Part shown: in pieces, positions 1 to 10,038 of the stretch
Layout of the letters: every line of letters begins with the position of its first letter
Numbering within the stretch: position 1 is the first letter of the stretch
Source: an uncultured Armatimonadetes bacterium
GTDB lineage: Bacteria; Armatimonadota; UBA5829; DTJY01
Reading direction: 5' to 3'
Length of the DNA stretch: 64,000 nucleotides
Assembly: GCA_963717145.1 (NCBI GenBank)
Contig: OY970325.1
Location: 1,088,001 to 1,152,000, forward strand
Translations under genes and position numbers: made by a program
Notes under the pieces: model-generated
Database searches by the model: none
Told to the model about the DNA's origin: nothing
The model's input: the letters and a program-made list of their open reading frames with translations, nothing else

Positions 1-1140
1 CCTGTCAAGCTTTGATGATAGCCTGTGGATGCGTCTTAGTAGCTCCACCGGGTTCGTCGCTCTACGTTCTTTATCGAGGCGATCCTTTGCTTCATCGTCA
101 AGCCATCCTTCAACACTTATCAGCTTGCGGTACGGCGTCATCGCAGGCTCATAGCGTTTGATCACTTTACTCCCAATCCGCTCCTTTTCTTTAAGACGCA
201 TCATGGGCTGACAGAAGTTGTGATACGCCACGATCAGCGGATATATCGCCTTTAGTACCGCAAGCTGCTCGTCCGTCTCGAATCGCCGGTAACCTATAAA
301 CTGCCGGACTACGCTCCAGTTCTTCTGCTCTACATGACATTGATCGTTCTTCTTGTAAGGCCGACTGCGCGTAAACGTGATCCTGTGCGCTCGACAGTAC
401 TTGTTCATGTGATGGTTGATGAACTCGCCGCCGTTGTCGGTATCTATGCCTCTGACTGCAAACGGTGCGCTCTTGGACGCGGACTGCACCGCAAGCACGG
501 TTCCGTGCTCCCCTCGGCCTTTCATTCCATCAAGCGCTACCCATCCGGTCGCTACATCAGTCATAGTCAAAGTATACAGGAACTCTCCGCTCCCGTCACC
601 TCCGCAATGACCCACCAAGTCCATCTCGAAGAACCCAGGCTCAGCTTCATCCCAGTCGGCAAACGTCCTCACCGGGATCTGAGACCGAAGCAGTGTCCCC
701 GGCTTTGTTAAGGTCCTCCCTGTTAGCGATAGGGCAGACCGCTCCTTCTTCATCAACCTGTCGATGCTCGACGCGCTGATCGAGTTAAGCAGCCTCTCTT
801 CTTCTGGTGTAACCGTTATCTCCCCGAATGACTCCAGTATGGGTAGAAACTCAGTCAGAAACGGCTGCAGACGCTTACCGCACGCGTAGAAACTCGCAGC
901 CCAGAGTGTCTTCAGCTTGTGGGCTATCGGCTCGTATTTCGACTTCCTTGCGCGTCTCACTGGACTCCTCGCTGGTGGAACTCCTTTCGCGAACAGCCTC
1001 ACCAGCGACTTCCTGTGGTAACCGGTCAATCCCTGGACTTCACTCAATACCAGCTTCTTCTCCGATTTGGTGGCTTTGCCATATTCTTTGCGTTTGCGCC
1101 TCACGACTTCTCTTACGGATGCAGTTGTCATCTTCTCCAT
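1..1140 (-). CDS. DDE integrase-core transposase, runs off window edge (not in ORF track)
   Basis: Manual translation from ATG 1140: TKPGTLLRSQIPVRT, PGFFEMDLVGHCG, GIDTDNGGEF, FTRSRPYKKNDQCHVEQKNW (D-D-E triad). Confidence 0.9.
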   Translation of the reverse strand, partial: MEKMTTASVREVVRRKRKEYGKATKSEKKLVLSEVQGLTGYHRKSLVRLFAKGVPPARSPVRRARKSKYEPIAHKLKTLWAASFYACGKRLQPFLTEFLPILESFGEITVTPEEERLLNSISASSIDRLMKKERSALSLTGRTLTKPGTLLRSQIPVRTFADWDEAEPGFFEMDLVGHCGGDGSGEFLYTLTMTDVATGWVALDGMKGRGEHGTVLAVQSASKSAPFAVRGIDTDNGGEFINHHMNKYCRAHRITFTRSRPYKKNDQCHVEQKNWSVVRQFIGYRRFETDEQLAVLKAIYPLIVAYHNFCQPMMRLKEKERIGSKVIKRYEPAMTPYRKLISVEGWLDDEAKDRLDKERRATNPVELLRRIHRLSSKLDR

Positions 1141-1214
1141 GCCTCAGTTTCGGTAACATTCTTATCTGAGGCAACGTTTCCGTTTCGGTAACATCGTTCG
1201 TGAAGCAATTCGCA
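1..1214 (-). mobile_element. Insertion sequence (rve/DDE transposase, IS481-like/ISNCY type); other end outside window
   Basis: Transposase ORF plus two subterminal direct repeats GTTTCGGTAACAT-N6/7-TGARGCAA (1147-1174, 1182-1208); putative terminal TG on - strand at 1214. Confidence 0.7.
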
Positions 1215-1217
1215 GTG

Positions 1218-1246
1218 TTGCATTTGCGCGCAAGCTGGTGTATAAT
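1218..1246 (+). promoter_or_regulatory. sigma70-type promoter of tRNA-Ala
   Basis: TTGCAT-17 bp-TATAAT, 15 bp upstream of the tRNA. Confidence 0.7.
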
Positions 1247-1260
1247 AACATCCGACGCGT

Positions 1261-1336
1261 GGGGGTTTAGCTCAGCTGGGAGAGCGTCACGCTGGCAGCG
1301 TGAATGTCAGGGGTTCGAATCCCCTAACCTCCACCA
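1261..1336 (+). tRNA. tRNA-Ala (GGC)
   Basis: 76-nt cloverleaf; acceptor GGGGGTT/AACCTCC with G3:U70 Ala identity pair; anticodon arm TCACG-CTGGCAG-CGTGA; GGTTCGAATCC; 3' CCA. Confidence 0.97.
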
Positions 1337-1373
1337 TTTTCTTTTTACCTTGCTTAGGATCAGGCCGCACGCT

Positions 1374-2081
1374 TTGAACTCGAATGCATGTCTCCAACGG
1401 CGTCTCCGTCGATACGTCGTCTCCGCTTGCCTACTTCTGACCCTTGTCGCCACACTCGCTTCACCGTTGCTCTCGGCTCCGAAAGAGACAGCCCCGAGGA
1501 TTCCTGACCTGCTGATGCTCGTGTGGGTCAGGGAGCAGATGGACAGCGTCTCTTACACGTATCAGAATGTCGTGAAGCGCAGCGTCGCCGAGAAACATTT
1601 GGCGAATCTGCTTCAGGAAACGGGTTGGTCCGCAAACAACATTCAGGTTCAGGACCTCAAGATGGCGGACGGCAGCGCGACAACGACCGTCGAGTTCACG
1701 ACCCTCGGAACGGTCAACCTGGCGTCCGGCGGATTTCCCCTCGAACCCATCGTAAAGGCCTTCAAGGATTTACACTATCTGGAGATACAGTTTGTGATTT
1801 CCATGCCGTTCACTTTCCAGGGTCTGCAGCATTTCGAGAATAAGTACGTTAAGATCGTGCTCAATCGTGGCACTAATGTCTACGGGTACAGTGCGTTCAT
1901 AAAGGATCCGAGTTTCCAGACTCTGAACCTGCCACTGGTACAGCCGGCGGTGTCTGCAGCCCCAGAACCTGACGGGAAGCGCTCCAATTTGCTGGACCTG
2001 GCGCTGATTCTGTTACTGGGTACTCTCGCTGCGATGGTGGTCTATTTCGCTATGAGATGCGCATCGCGCAGAGGGAGTTGA
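1374..2081 (+). CDS. Hypothetical exported/membrane-anchored protein (start uncertain)
   Basis: Signal-peptide-like N-terminus and C-terminal TM helix with basic tail; the track's start overlaps the tRNA so it was moved downstream. Confidence 0.6.
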   Translation: MNSNACLQRRLRRYVVSACLLLTLVATLASPLLSAPKETAPRIPDLLMLVWVREQMDSVSYTYQNVVKRSVAEKHLANLLQETGWSANNIQVQDLKMADGSATTTVEFTTLGTVNLASGGFPLEPIVKAFKDLHYLEIQFVISMPFTFQGLQHFENKYVKIVLNRGTNVYGYSAFIKDPSFQTLNLPLVQPAVSAAPEPDGKRSNLLDLALILLLGTLAAMVVYFAMRCASRRGS

Positions 2082-2097
2082 AGGAGATGATTGTTTC

Positions 2098-3159
2098 ATG
2101 GACTTAACCGAACTTCTGAAGATAGGCGAGGAGCGCCGTGCATCCGACCTGTTCCTCAAAGAGGCTTCCCCTCCCGTGCTCCGCGTACACGGACGGATCG
2201 ACTCCATCGAGGGATATCCGGTCCTGAGCGCCGAGGATGTGCGTGACCTCTGCTACAGCATCATGACCCACGACCAGATCGGCCGCTTCGAGCACCGGCA
2301 TGAGATGGATCTCGCATTCACGATCGAAGCAGTCACCAGGGTCAGGGCCAATATCTACCAGCAGCGGGGCAGCATGGGCATGGTATGCAGGCTGATTCCG
2401 CTCAGCATCTACAGCCTCGACGACCTCGGGTTGCCCGTCGTACTCAAGGATATGACCCTGCATCGCCAGGGCCTCATTCTCGTCACCGGCCCCACGGGAT
2501 GCGGCAAGTCGACCACTCTCGCCGCCATGATCGACCTTATCAACCAGACCCGGCGGTGCAACATCGTGACGGTAGAGGATCCAATCGAGTTCGTGCACCC
2601 CGACAAGAAGGGGGTCGTCAACCAGAGAGAGATCGGCATCGATACGGCTTCGTTCACAGAAGCCCTGAAATACGTTGTGCGCCAGAGCCCGGACGTCATC
2701 CTGATCGGTGAGATGCGCGACGTCGAAACGATGAATGTCGCGCTTCAGGCATCTGAAACCGGCCACCTGGTCCTTTCCACGGTGCATACCTCCAGCGCAT
2801 CCGAGACCCTCGACCGGATCATCAACATGTTCCCGCCGCACGACAAGCCGCAGATCTGTCTGCGCATGTCACAGTCGCTCAGAGGGATCGTTTCTCAGAA
2901 GCTGATTCCCAAGATCGACGGCGGAGGACGGGTCGCTGCGGTCGAGATCATGATCGCCACGCCGACGATCAGCAAGCTGGTGGAGGAGGGCAGATCGAGC
3001 CAGGTCTATGCGGCCATTAGTGAGGGCGGTTATTGGGGCATGCAGACCATGAACCAGTGCTTGACGAAGTTCTTCAAAGCTGGTCAGATCAGCGAGGAGG
3101 AGGCTTACGTCAGTGCCGGCAACCTCACCGAGCTGAAGCAGATGATCCGCAGACCTTGA
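2098..3159 (+). CDS. pilT: Type IV pilus retraction ATPase PilT/PilU family
   Basis: GPTGCGKSTT Walker A, TVEDPIE, RQSPDVILIGEMRD, ETGHLVLSTVH, GMQTM. Confidence 0.93.
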   Translation: MDLTELLKIGEERRASDLFLKEASPPVLRVHGRIDSIEGYPVLSAEDVRDLCYSIMTHDQIGRFEHRHEMDLAFTIEAVTRVRANIYQQRGSMGMVCRLIPLSIYSLDDLGLPVVLKDMTLHRQGLILVTGPTGCGKSTTLAAMIDLINQTRRCNIVTVEDPIEFVHPDKKGVVNQREIGIDTASFTEALKYVVRQSPDVILIGEMRDVETMNVALQASETGHLVLSTVHTSSASETLDRIINMFPPHDKPQICLRMSQSLRGIVSQKLIPKIDGGGRVAAVEIMIATPTISKLVEEGRSSQVYAAISEGGYWGMQTMNQCLTKFFKAGQISEEEAYVSAGNLTELKQMIRRP

Positions 3160-3182
3160 GGCCATTCAGCAAGGCAATATCC

Positions 3183-3265
3183 AACGGGAGGGCGAGTGCC
3201 CATCAGTTGTTGGGGCTGGAGTTCAACCCCAGCCCCAACAGCTCATGGTGATTCGCCCTCCCGTT
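3183..3265. repeat. Nested inverted repeat/hairpin after pilT
   Basis: AACGGGAGGGCGA/TCGCCCTCCCGTT enclosing TGTTGGGGCTGG/CCAGCCCCAACA. Confidence 0.6.
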
Positions 3266-3514
3266 TCTACGTCTGCCAAGCGTTCATCCATTCACCGACA
3301 GCCCGACAATCTACCCCCGTGCAAGTTTCCACAACGCGCTCATCGGGGATAACAAAAGGACATGCACGCGGTCCCGCACATCAGAGCTTCGACTCCATGA
3401 AGGTATTTCCGGTTGGATGTCGAACAATGTGTTACGCCACCGGTGATCTGTGACTGTGATCTTCTGTGCGGGATGCCTGGTGATGTATCTGTGTGCAGGA
3501 AAGGAAACTTGGTC

Positions 3515-3865
3515 ATGGAGAACGACCTCGACATACTCGTGAGCCGGACCGACTCCGGCACCGTTCTGGAGCTGGCGGGTGATATTGACTCTTTCAACGC
3601 CCGGCAGTTGCAGGAGGCTATTCGGGACCTGCTGGCATCCGGCGAGAAGAAGATACTTGTCAGCATGTCCCATGTGGACTACATAGACAGCTACGGCCTG
3701 GGGACTCTCGTCGGAGGACTCCGCAGGGCGCGCGAGCACCACGGTGACCTCTCCATTACCGACGCCAGTGCCCAGGTATGCCGAGTACTGAGCGTCACAG
3801 GACTTCACAGGGTTTTCGATTTTTCGATTATCGATGAAGCAGAGGCCACCGACGACATACCCTGA
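3515..3865 (+). CDS. STAS-domain anti-sigma factor antagonist (RsbV/SpoIIAA-like)
   Basis: LAGDIDSFNA, VDYIDSYGLGTLV (phospho-Ser motif); RBS AAGGA before ATG 3515. Confidence 0.88.
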   Translation: MENDLDILVSRTDSGTVLELAGDIDSFNARQLQEAIRDLLASGEKKILVSMSHVDYIDSYGLGTLVGGLRRAREHHGDLSITDASAQVCRVLSVTGLHRVFDFSIIDEAEATDDIP

Positions 3866-3882
3866 TTCAGGCGACGAGAGCA

Positions 3883-5250
3883 ATGGGAGATATGCAAGTG
3901 CAGGTAAAAGAGCCGCCTAGAGAAGCACAAGCCAAGCCGGGAACCGAGCCGGCTGAGGAGACGCAGTTAGCAGATTCCAGGGAAGGTTGGCATCCGGAAG
4001 ACCTGAAGATGTTCAAGTTTCTTCGGGAAGTCGTCAACCGCATCGAGATTGCATACGTGGCGACGTATCCGCCGCAGGAGTGCGGAATTGCTACGTTCAC
4101 AAAGGATCTCGTCACGGCCATCGCGAAGTACACGCCCTTTTCAGAGCCGTCAGTTGCCGCGGTCACCGCCGACGTGGCGATCGAGCAGTATCCGAAGACG
4201 GTGAAGTACCACATCGCCAAGCCCGATCGGCAGTCCTTCATCGATGCCGCAAACAGGATCAACGATTCATCCATCGACCTCGTGAGCGTGCAGCATGAGT
4301 ACGGGATCTTCGGGGGGGACGACGGTTCGCACATCCTGGCCTTCATGGAGCACCTCGATAAGCCGATCGTGACCACGCTTCATACGGTTCTCTCCAATCC
4401 CAGCGATGGTCAACGAAGTGTCATGAACGGTATCGCGCAGCTCTCGGGCGCGCTCGTTGTGATGATAAAGGCCGGCCGCAACATCCTGCTGAACAATTAC
4501 GAGGTACCTCCCGGCAAAGCGGTCGTGATCCCCCACGGCGTCCCGAACGTCCATCGTGTCAGTTCGGTGTCCGTGAAGAAGTCGCTCGGCATCGCGAACC
4601 GGCCGGTCATCTCCACCTTCGGGCTGATCAGCAGGGGCAAAGGGATCGAAGGTGGCATCAAGGCTATGCCGAGGATTCTCGAGAAGCTACCGGACGCCAT
4701 GTATCTCGTTCTGGGGGAGACTCACCCGGGAGTGCGGCGACATGAGGGGGAGAGCTATCGGAATGAGCTTCTCCAGCTCGTTTCTGACCTGGGGATCGAG
4801 AAGAACGTCCGCTTCAACAACCGCTATCTGTCACTGGAGGAGCTGATCAACTACCTTTGTGCGACGGACGTCTACCTGACCCCTTACATCAACAAGGACC
4901 AGATCACCAGTGGCGCGCTCGCCTATGCGATCGGCTGTGGAAAACCAACCGTTTCGACGCCCTACCTGTATGCGGAGGAAGTGCTTTCCGATGGGCGAGG
5001 GATACTCGTGGATTTTCAGGACAGCGACGCCATGGCCGACGCCGTCACAAAGATCCTCGGTGACCCGGTGCTGCGCGAGCAGATGGAGTCGAAGGCGTAC
5101 AGATACGGCCGCCGGGCGGCATGGTTCAATGTGGCCATCGACTATCTCGACCTGTTCCACAGACTATGCGTAATGTGCAAAGCGCCTCAGCCGACATCAA
5201 GAACCAGCGACGGCGAGAGTGAGGCCCCGCGCGGAGGGTCTCCCTGTTGA
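3883..5250 (+). CDS. Glycosyltransferase family 4
   Basis: TYPPQECGIATF, QHEYGIFGG, IPHGVP, GKGIE, DVYLTPY, SGALAYAIGCGK. Confidence 0.9.
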   Translation: MGDMQVQVKEPPREAQAKPGTEPAEETQLADSREGWHPEDLKMFKFLREVVNRIEIAYVATYPPQECGIATFTKDLVTAIAKYTPFSEPSVAAVTADVAIEQYPKTVKYHIAKPDRQSFIDAANRINDSSIDLVSVQHEYGIFGGDDGSHILAFMEHLDKPIVTTLHTVLSNPSDGQRSVMNGIAQLSGALVVMIKAGRNILLNNYEVPPGKAVVIPHGVPNVHRVSSVSVKKSLGIANRPVISTFGLISRGKGIEGGIKAMPRILEKLPDAMYLVLGETHPGVRRHEGESYRNELLQLVSDLGIEKNVRFNNRYLSLEELINYLCATDVYLTPYINKDQITSGALAYAIGCGKPTVSTPYLYAEEVLSDGRGILVDFQDSDAMADAVTKILGDPVLREQMESKAYRYGRRAAWFNVAIDYLDLFHRLCVMCKAPQPTSRTSDGESEAPRGGSPC

Positions 5251-6329
5251 TAGCCTATCCGCCAGTCTCCCTCCGGTACCTCAAGTCTCTGACGGACGAC
5301 ACGGGGATATTCCAGCATGGGGTCTTTGCCGTACCTAACCGCCAGCTCGGATACACCACCGACGACAATTCTCGTGCGCTCATCGTGGCTGTGCGGGGTT
5401 ACGAGCACACGCAGTCGCCTGAGATGCTCGAGTTGATACGGATCTACCTCAGTTATCTCCATTACGCTCACACTCCTGAGCACCGTTTCAGCAACATCAT
5501 GACCTACCAGCGGATGTTCCTCGATTCCGATGGCACTGAGGACTGCTTTGGGCGGTGTATGTGGGGCTGTGGGGTTGCATCATCCGCCGACATTCCGGTC
5601 TGCATGCGCGCCGTTGCCAAGAAGATCTTCGACTCGAGTATCCCATGGGTTGCGGACCTGGTCAGTCCTCGTGCGAGGGCATACTCGATCGTCGGGATGT
5701 GTGAGTACCTGGCGATCAACAAGGATGCCGTCGACATTGGCCACAAGATCCTCGCTCTGGCGGATTCCCTGGCTACGCTCTTCCGCGAGTACAGCAGCAG
5801 CGACTGGACTTGGTTCGAGCCGTATATGACTTACGGCAATGCCATATTACCTGTCTGCATGTTGCTGGCCGGCAGTGTAACCGGGAAGAAGAAGTATATG
5901 GAGGTCGGGCGGAGCAGCCTCGATTTCCTTACGGAACAAACTATCATTGACGGCCGGCTCGAGATCGTCGGCAACGACGGCTGGCTGATGAAGGGCGGCA
6001 ACCGTCCCTGGTACGACCAGCAGAGCATCGATGCGGGATACGCGGTGTATGCCTACACTGTCGCATATTCGCTGCTCGGCGACAAGAGCTATCTCGACCA
6101 TGCCTTCACGTGCTATGACTGGTTCTTTGGCAACAACAGATCAGAGATGCCCCTCTACGACCCTGGGAGCGGCGGATGCAGAGACGGCATAAACCCAACG
6201 GGAGTCAATGAGAACCAGGGGGCCGAGGCGTGTTTCTCGTTCCTGCTGGCCCAGCTTGCACTGCGAGACTACATCGAACAGAGGGAACTGCCCACCGAAC
6301 TCGAAGAAGCGCACAGCGAACGACCATGA
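5247..6329 (+). CDS. (alpha/alpha)-toroid glycoside-hydrolase-like partner of the GT4
   Basis: TDDTGIFQH, GYTTDDNSRAL, DQQSID, WFFGNN, GGCRDG, NENQGAE; this module is often fused to such GT4s. Confidence 0.75.
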   Translation: MIAYPPVSLRYLKSLTDDTGIFQHGVFAVPNRQLGYTTDDNSRALIVAVRGYEHTQSPEMLELIRIYLSYLHYAHTPEHRFSNIMTYQRMFLDSDGTEDCFGRCMWGCGVASSADIPVCMRAVAKKIFDSSIPWVADLVSPRARAYSIVGMCEYLAINKDAVDIGHKILALADSLATLFREYSSSDWTWFEPYMTYGNAILPVCMLLAGSVTGKKKYMEVGRSSLDFLTEQTIIDGRLEIVGNDGWLMKGGNRPWYDQQSIDAGYAVYAYTVAYSLLGDKSYLDHAFTCYDWFFGNNRSEMPLYDPGSGGCRDGINPTGVNENQGAEACFSFLLAQLALRDYIEQRELPTELEEAHSERP

Positions 6330-6339
6330 GGAGGTTTGC

Positions 6340-7203
6340 ATGAGAAGCGATAGGTTGATGGAGTTGGTCACGAACGGGCCGGTCCTGGCTGATGGCGCAA
6401 TGGGCACGATGCTTCAGCTCGAAGGAATGACGCCGGGCGCATGCCCCGAGTTGTGGAACGTGGATAACCCCGATGCCATCAGGCGCGTGCATGCCGCCTA
6501 TGTGGAGGCCGGTTCGCGGATCATCTCTACGAACACTTTTGGCGGAACACGACTCAAACTTGCCGCCTACGGACTTGCGGACCGGGTTGCGGAATTGAAC
6601 TCCGCCGGCGTGGCACTGGCGAGAGAGGTTGCAGGCGACGACCATTTCGTGGCGGCCTTCGTAGGACCGACGGGCAAATTCCTGGAGCCCCTTGGCGATC
6701 TGAGCTTCGACGATGCCGCCGACATATTTGCTGAACAGGCCGCGGCCCTGGCATCGGCCGGCGCAGATGCGATACTCATGGAGACGTTCTCGGATCTCGA
6801 TGAACTGAAGGCCGCGCTTGCCGGGTCGATGAGGACCGGGCTGCCCTGCTTCTGCACTATGGCATTCGATACAGGGGGCCGCACGATGATGGGGGTTGCC
6901 CCTGATGTCGCGGCCAGAACGCTGTCCGACGCCGGCGCCGCTGCTGTCGGTGGGAACTGCGGGATCGGCCCGGACGGGATGCTGGAGGTGCTCCGGCTCA
7001 TGAGGGAGGCCACCGATACCCCCGTGATGGCTCAGCCGAATGCCGGCCTACCGAGGGTAGTGGGAGGCACCGTGATTTTCGATGCGACTCCAGCGGATCT
7101 GGCCGAGTTCGCATCAGAATGCGCATCTCTGGGCATAAACATCATCGGTGGGTGCTGCGGGACTACGCCCGAGCACATCCGGGCGATGGGTGCGAGACTC
7201 TGA
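6340..7203 (+). CDS. Homocysteine S-methyltransferase family protein (stand-alone MetH N-domain)
   Basis: DGAMGTML, TNTFG, ETFSDL, GGNC, QPNAGLP, IIGGCCGTTPEHI (Zn ligands); RBS GAGGAGG. Confidence 0.92.
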   Translation: MRSDRLMELVTNGPVLADGAMGTMLQLEGMTPGACPELWNVDNPDAIRRVHAAYVEAGSRIISTNTFGGTRLKLAAYGLADRVAELNSAGVALAREVAGDDHFVAAFVGPTGKFLEPLGDLSFDDAADIFAEQAAALASAGADAILMETFSDLDELKAALAGSMRTGLPCFCTMAFDTGGRTMMGVAPDVAARTLSDAGAAAVGGNCGIGPDGMLEVLRLMREATDTPVMAQPNAGLPRVVGGTVIFDATPADLAEFASECASLGINIIGGCCGTTPEHIRAMGARL

Positions 7204-7204
7204 A

Positions 7205-8308
7205 ATGCACACCCCTCTGTTCGAAGAGCATGAGCGTCTCGGTGCGAAGATAACCGATTTTGCCGGATGGGAGATGCCCCTGTTCTACAGCGGCATAGTG
7301 GAAGAGACGCTGGCGGTCCGTTCGGCGGCGGGGCTATTCGACCTGTCACACATGGGCGAGATCGTCCTGTCCGGGCCGGGAGCCTCGGATTCGCTCCAGC
7401 ATCTGACCACCAACGACGCCACGCGGCTCGCCGTCGGACAAGCACAGTACACGCTGATCTGCAACGAGCGCGGGGGCGTGCTCGATGATCTGATCGTGTA
7501 CCGCATCGAGGAGGACCGTTACCTGTTGGTCGTGAACGCCTCGAATGCCGGATCAGACTTCACGTGGATCAGCAGGCATCTACTGCGCGAGACTCAGGCA
7601 ACGGATGAGTCGAGGAAGACGGCGATCATCGCAGTTCAAGGGCCCGCTTCATCCAGGATACTATCGCAGTCGGCCGATTTCGACGTCGAGTCGATCAGGC
7701 GCTTCCACGTGCGGCCCGGAGAAGTCGGCGGCATCCAGTGTATGACCGCGAGGACCGGATACACCGGCGAGGACGGCTTCGAGTTGATCTGCGCATGGGA
7801 TGATGCACGTCCTCTCTGGAGTGCTTTGATGGATGCGGGACGGCCACACGGCCTCGTTCCTGCGGGCCTCGGGGCGAGGGACGTGCTCCGGCACGAGGCG
7901 GCTTACTCGCTATATGGGCATGAACTGACTGAGGAGATCACGCCGGTGGAGGCGCGGCTGATGTGGGTCGTAGACCTCGAGAAGGGCGACTTCATCGGCA
8001 GGGATGCGATCCGAACTGCGAAGGACGCAGGCCCGAAGAAGGTGTTGGCGGGGCTTGAGGCGATCGAGAGATGCATTCCTCGTCAGGGCTACCCGGTCCA
8101 GTCGGCAGGCGATTGGATCGGTTACATCACGAGCGGAACGTACTCTCCGACCCTTAGAAAGGCGATCGCCTTGTCCTATGTTTCGCCGGATTTCGCTCTA
8201 GCAGATACCGAACTCGATATCATCGTTCGCAACAGGCCTTGCAAGTCGCGCGTAGTGCGCACGCCGTTCTACAAGTCCGGCGCTGTTCAGACGAGCGCAT
8301 CAGTCTAA
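7205..8308 (+). CDS. gcvT: Glycine cleavage aminomethyltransferase T
   Basis: FAGWEMP, GLFDLSHMG, RTGYTGEDGFE, GLGARD. Confidence 0.95.
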   Translation: MHTPLFEEHERLGAKITDFAGWEMPLFYSGIVEETLAVRSAAGLFDLSHMGEIVLSGPGASDSLQHLTTNDATRLAVGQAQYTLICNERGGVLDDLIVYRIEEDRYLLVVNASNAGSDFTWISRHLLRETQATDESRKTAIIAVQGPASSRILSQSADFDVESIRRFHVRPGEVGGIQCMTARTGYTGEDGFELICAWDDARPLWSALMDAGRPHGLVPAGLGARDVLRHEAAYSLYGHELTEEITPVEARLMWVVDLEKGDFIGRDAIRTAKDAGPKKVLAGLEAIERCIPRQGYPVQSAGDWIGYITSGTYSPTLRKAIALSYVSPDFALADTELDIIVRNRPCKSRVVRTPFYKSGAVQTSASV

Positions 8309-8320
8309 GGAGGACTCACA

Positions 8321-8701
8321 GTGAATCCTGAGGATCTCAGATACAGTACTTCGCATGAATGGGTCAGAGTAGAAGACGACCTGGCGACTGTCGGGATCAC
8401 CGACTACGCGCAGTCGGAGCTTGGCGATGTCGTATTCGTCGAACTGCCTGACCAGGGGGCGACGTTCCAGAAGGGCGATGTGTTCGGCACGGTGGAATCG
8501 ATCAAGACTGTTTCAGACCTGTTGATCCCGGTGAGTGGCGAAGTCGTCGAGGTGAACGACGAACTCCCGGACATCCCCGAGCATGTGAATGACAGCCCTT
8601 ACGGAACCGGCTGGATGGTGATTGTGAAGCTCGAGGACCCCAGCGAGATTGACGATCTGATGACCTCTGAGCAGTACGAGATCTTCATCAAAGACCAGTG
8701 A
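8321..8701 (+). CDS. gcvH: Glycine cleavage H protein
   Basis: HEWV, GITDYAQSELGDVVFVELP, lipoyl-Lys in ESIKTVS, NDSPYGTGW. Confidence 0.96.
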   Translation: MNPEDLRYSTSHEWVRVEDDLATVGITDYAQSELGDVVFVELPDQGATFQKGDVFGTVESIKTVSDLLIPVSGEVVEVNDELPDIPEHVNDSPYGTGWMVIVKLEDPSEIDDLMTSEQYEIFIKDQ

Positions 8702-10038
8702 AGTCACCCTACATCCCGAATGCCGAAGCAGACCGCAGGAAAATGCTCGATTCGCTTGGCCTTTCGAGCGTTTCCGACCTGTTTTCGTCCGTCCCCCCCG
8801 AGATGCGTCTCAAGGGAGACCTCGATATCCCTGGGCCGCTCAGTGAGCCGGAACTGCGCCGGCACGCGTTGGAGATCGGCGCTCGGAACCACGATATCGA
8901 GTCACATCCGTGCTTCCTTGGCGCGGGCATCTACGACCACTACATCCCGGCGACCGTTCCCGCGATCACCTCGCGGTCGGAATTCTACACGTCCTACACT
9001 CCATACCAGCCGGAGATGAGCCAGGGAAACCTGCAGGCGATCTTCGAGTTCCAGACTATGGTCTGCCGTCTCACCGGCATGGAGGTCGCAAACGCCTCGA
9101 TGTACGACGCCGCGAGCGCACTGGCCGAGGCGGCTCTGATGGCGAACAGCATCACCGGCCGGACGAGATGGCTCGTGTCGCGCGCGGTTCATCCCTCATA
9201 CCGCGAGACGATGCGAACTTATGGGTGGGGCTCCGGGTCCACGATCGACGAACTCCCGATGTCCGGCATACTGACCGACATCGAAGCCCTGGAGTCGCGC
9301 ATCGGTCCGGATGTCTCGTGTGTGGTCGTCCAGCAGCCGAACTTCCTGGGCGCGCTGGAGGATCTCTCGCGCATCGAGCAGATCGTTCACCAGCACGGCG
9401 CCCTCTTCGTCGTCAGCTTCGATCCGATCTGCCTCGGACTACTGAAGTCGCCCGGAGAGTATAGCGCCAACATCTGCGTGGGGGAGGGACAGTCGCTCGG
9501 CATCGCGCCCGGCTTCGGGGGACCGCTCCTCGGCCTGATGGCGTGCAAGAAAGAGTACGTGCGCCAGATGCCCGGGCGTCTCGTCGGAGCCACGGTCGAT
9601 GTGGAGGGCAGGCGATCATATACCCTGACTCTGCAGACCCGTGAGCAGCACATACGCCGGGAGCGCGCGACTTCCAACATATGCACGAATCAGGCGCTCA
9701 ATGCGCTTGCCGCGACGGTCTATATGGCAACTCTCGGGCCTCACGGCCTGCGACAAGTCGCGGAGTTATGCTTCGAGAAAGCGCATTATGCCGCGGAACG
9801 GATCGCGGGACTCGATGGATTCGACGTCCTTGAGGAGCAGCAGTTTGTTAAGGAAGTTGTCCTGAGATGTAACAGACCTGTACCTGCGATCAACGCACGA
9901 CTTCTGCAGCAGGGCGTCATCGGCGGGCTCGATCTCGGCAGGTTCTACCCCGAGTTCGCCAATCACATGCTGCTCTGCGTCACCGAGAAGCGCACCAGGC
10001 AGGAGATCGACGCGTTAGTGGAGTGTCTTGCGGAATGA
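8698..10038 (+). CDS. gcvPA: Glycine dehydrogenase subunit 1
   Basis: YTPYQPEMSQG, NASMYD, FGGP, LQTREQHIRRERATSNICTNQ. Confidence 0.95.
   Translation: MKSPYIPNAEADRRKMLDSLGLSSVSDLFSSVPPEMRLKGDLDIPGPLSEPELRRHALEIGARNHDIESHPCFLGAGIYDHYIPATVPAITSRSEFYTSYTPYQPEMSQGNLQAIFEFQTMVCRLTGMEVANASMYDAASALAEAALMANSITGRTRWLVSRAVHPSYRETMRTYGWGSGSTIDELPMSGILTDIEALESRIGPDVSCVVVQQPNFLGALEDLSRIEQIVHQHGALFVVSFDPICLGLLKSPGEYSANICVGEGQSLGIAPGFGGPLLGLMACKKEYVRQMPGRLVGATVDVEGRRSYTLTLQTREQHIRRERATSNICTNQALNALAATVYMATLGPHGLRQVAELCFEKAHYAAERIAGLDGFDVLEEQQFVKEVVLRCNRPVPAINARLLQQGVIGGLDLGRFYPEFANHMLLCVTEKRTRQEIDALVECLAE

Noticed and set aside
1200-1373. N-terminal extension of ORF 1200..2081
   Set aside because: Overlaps the IS end, the promoter and tRNA-Ala.
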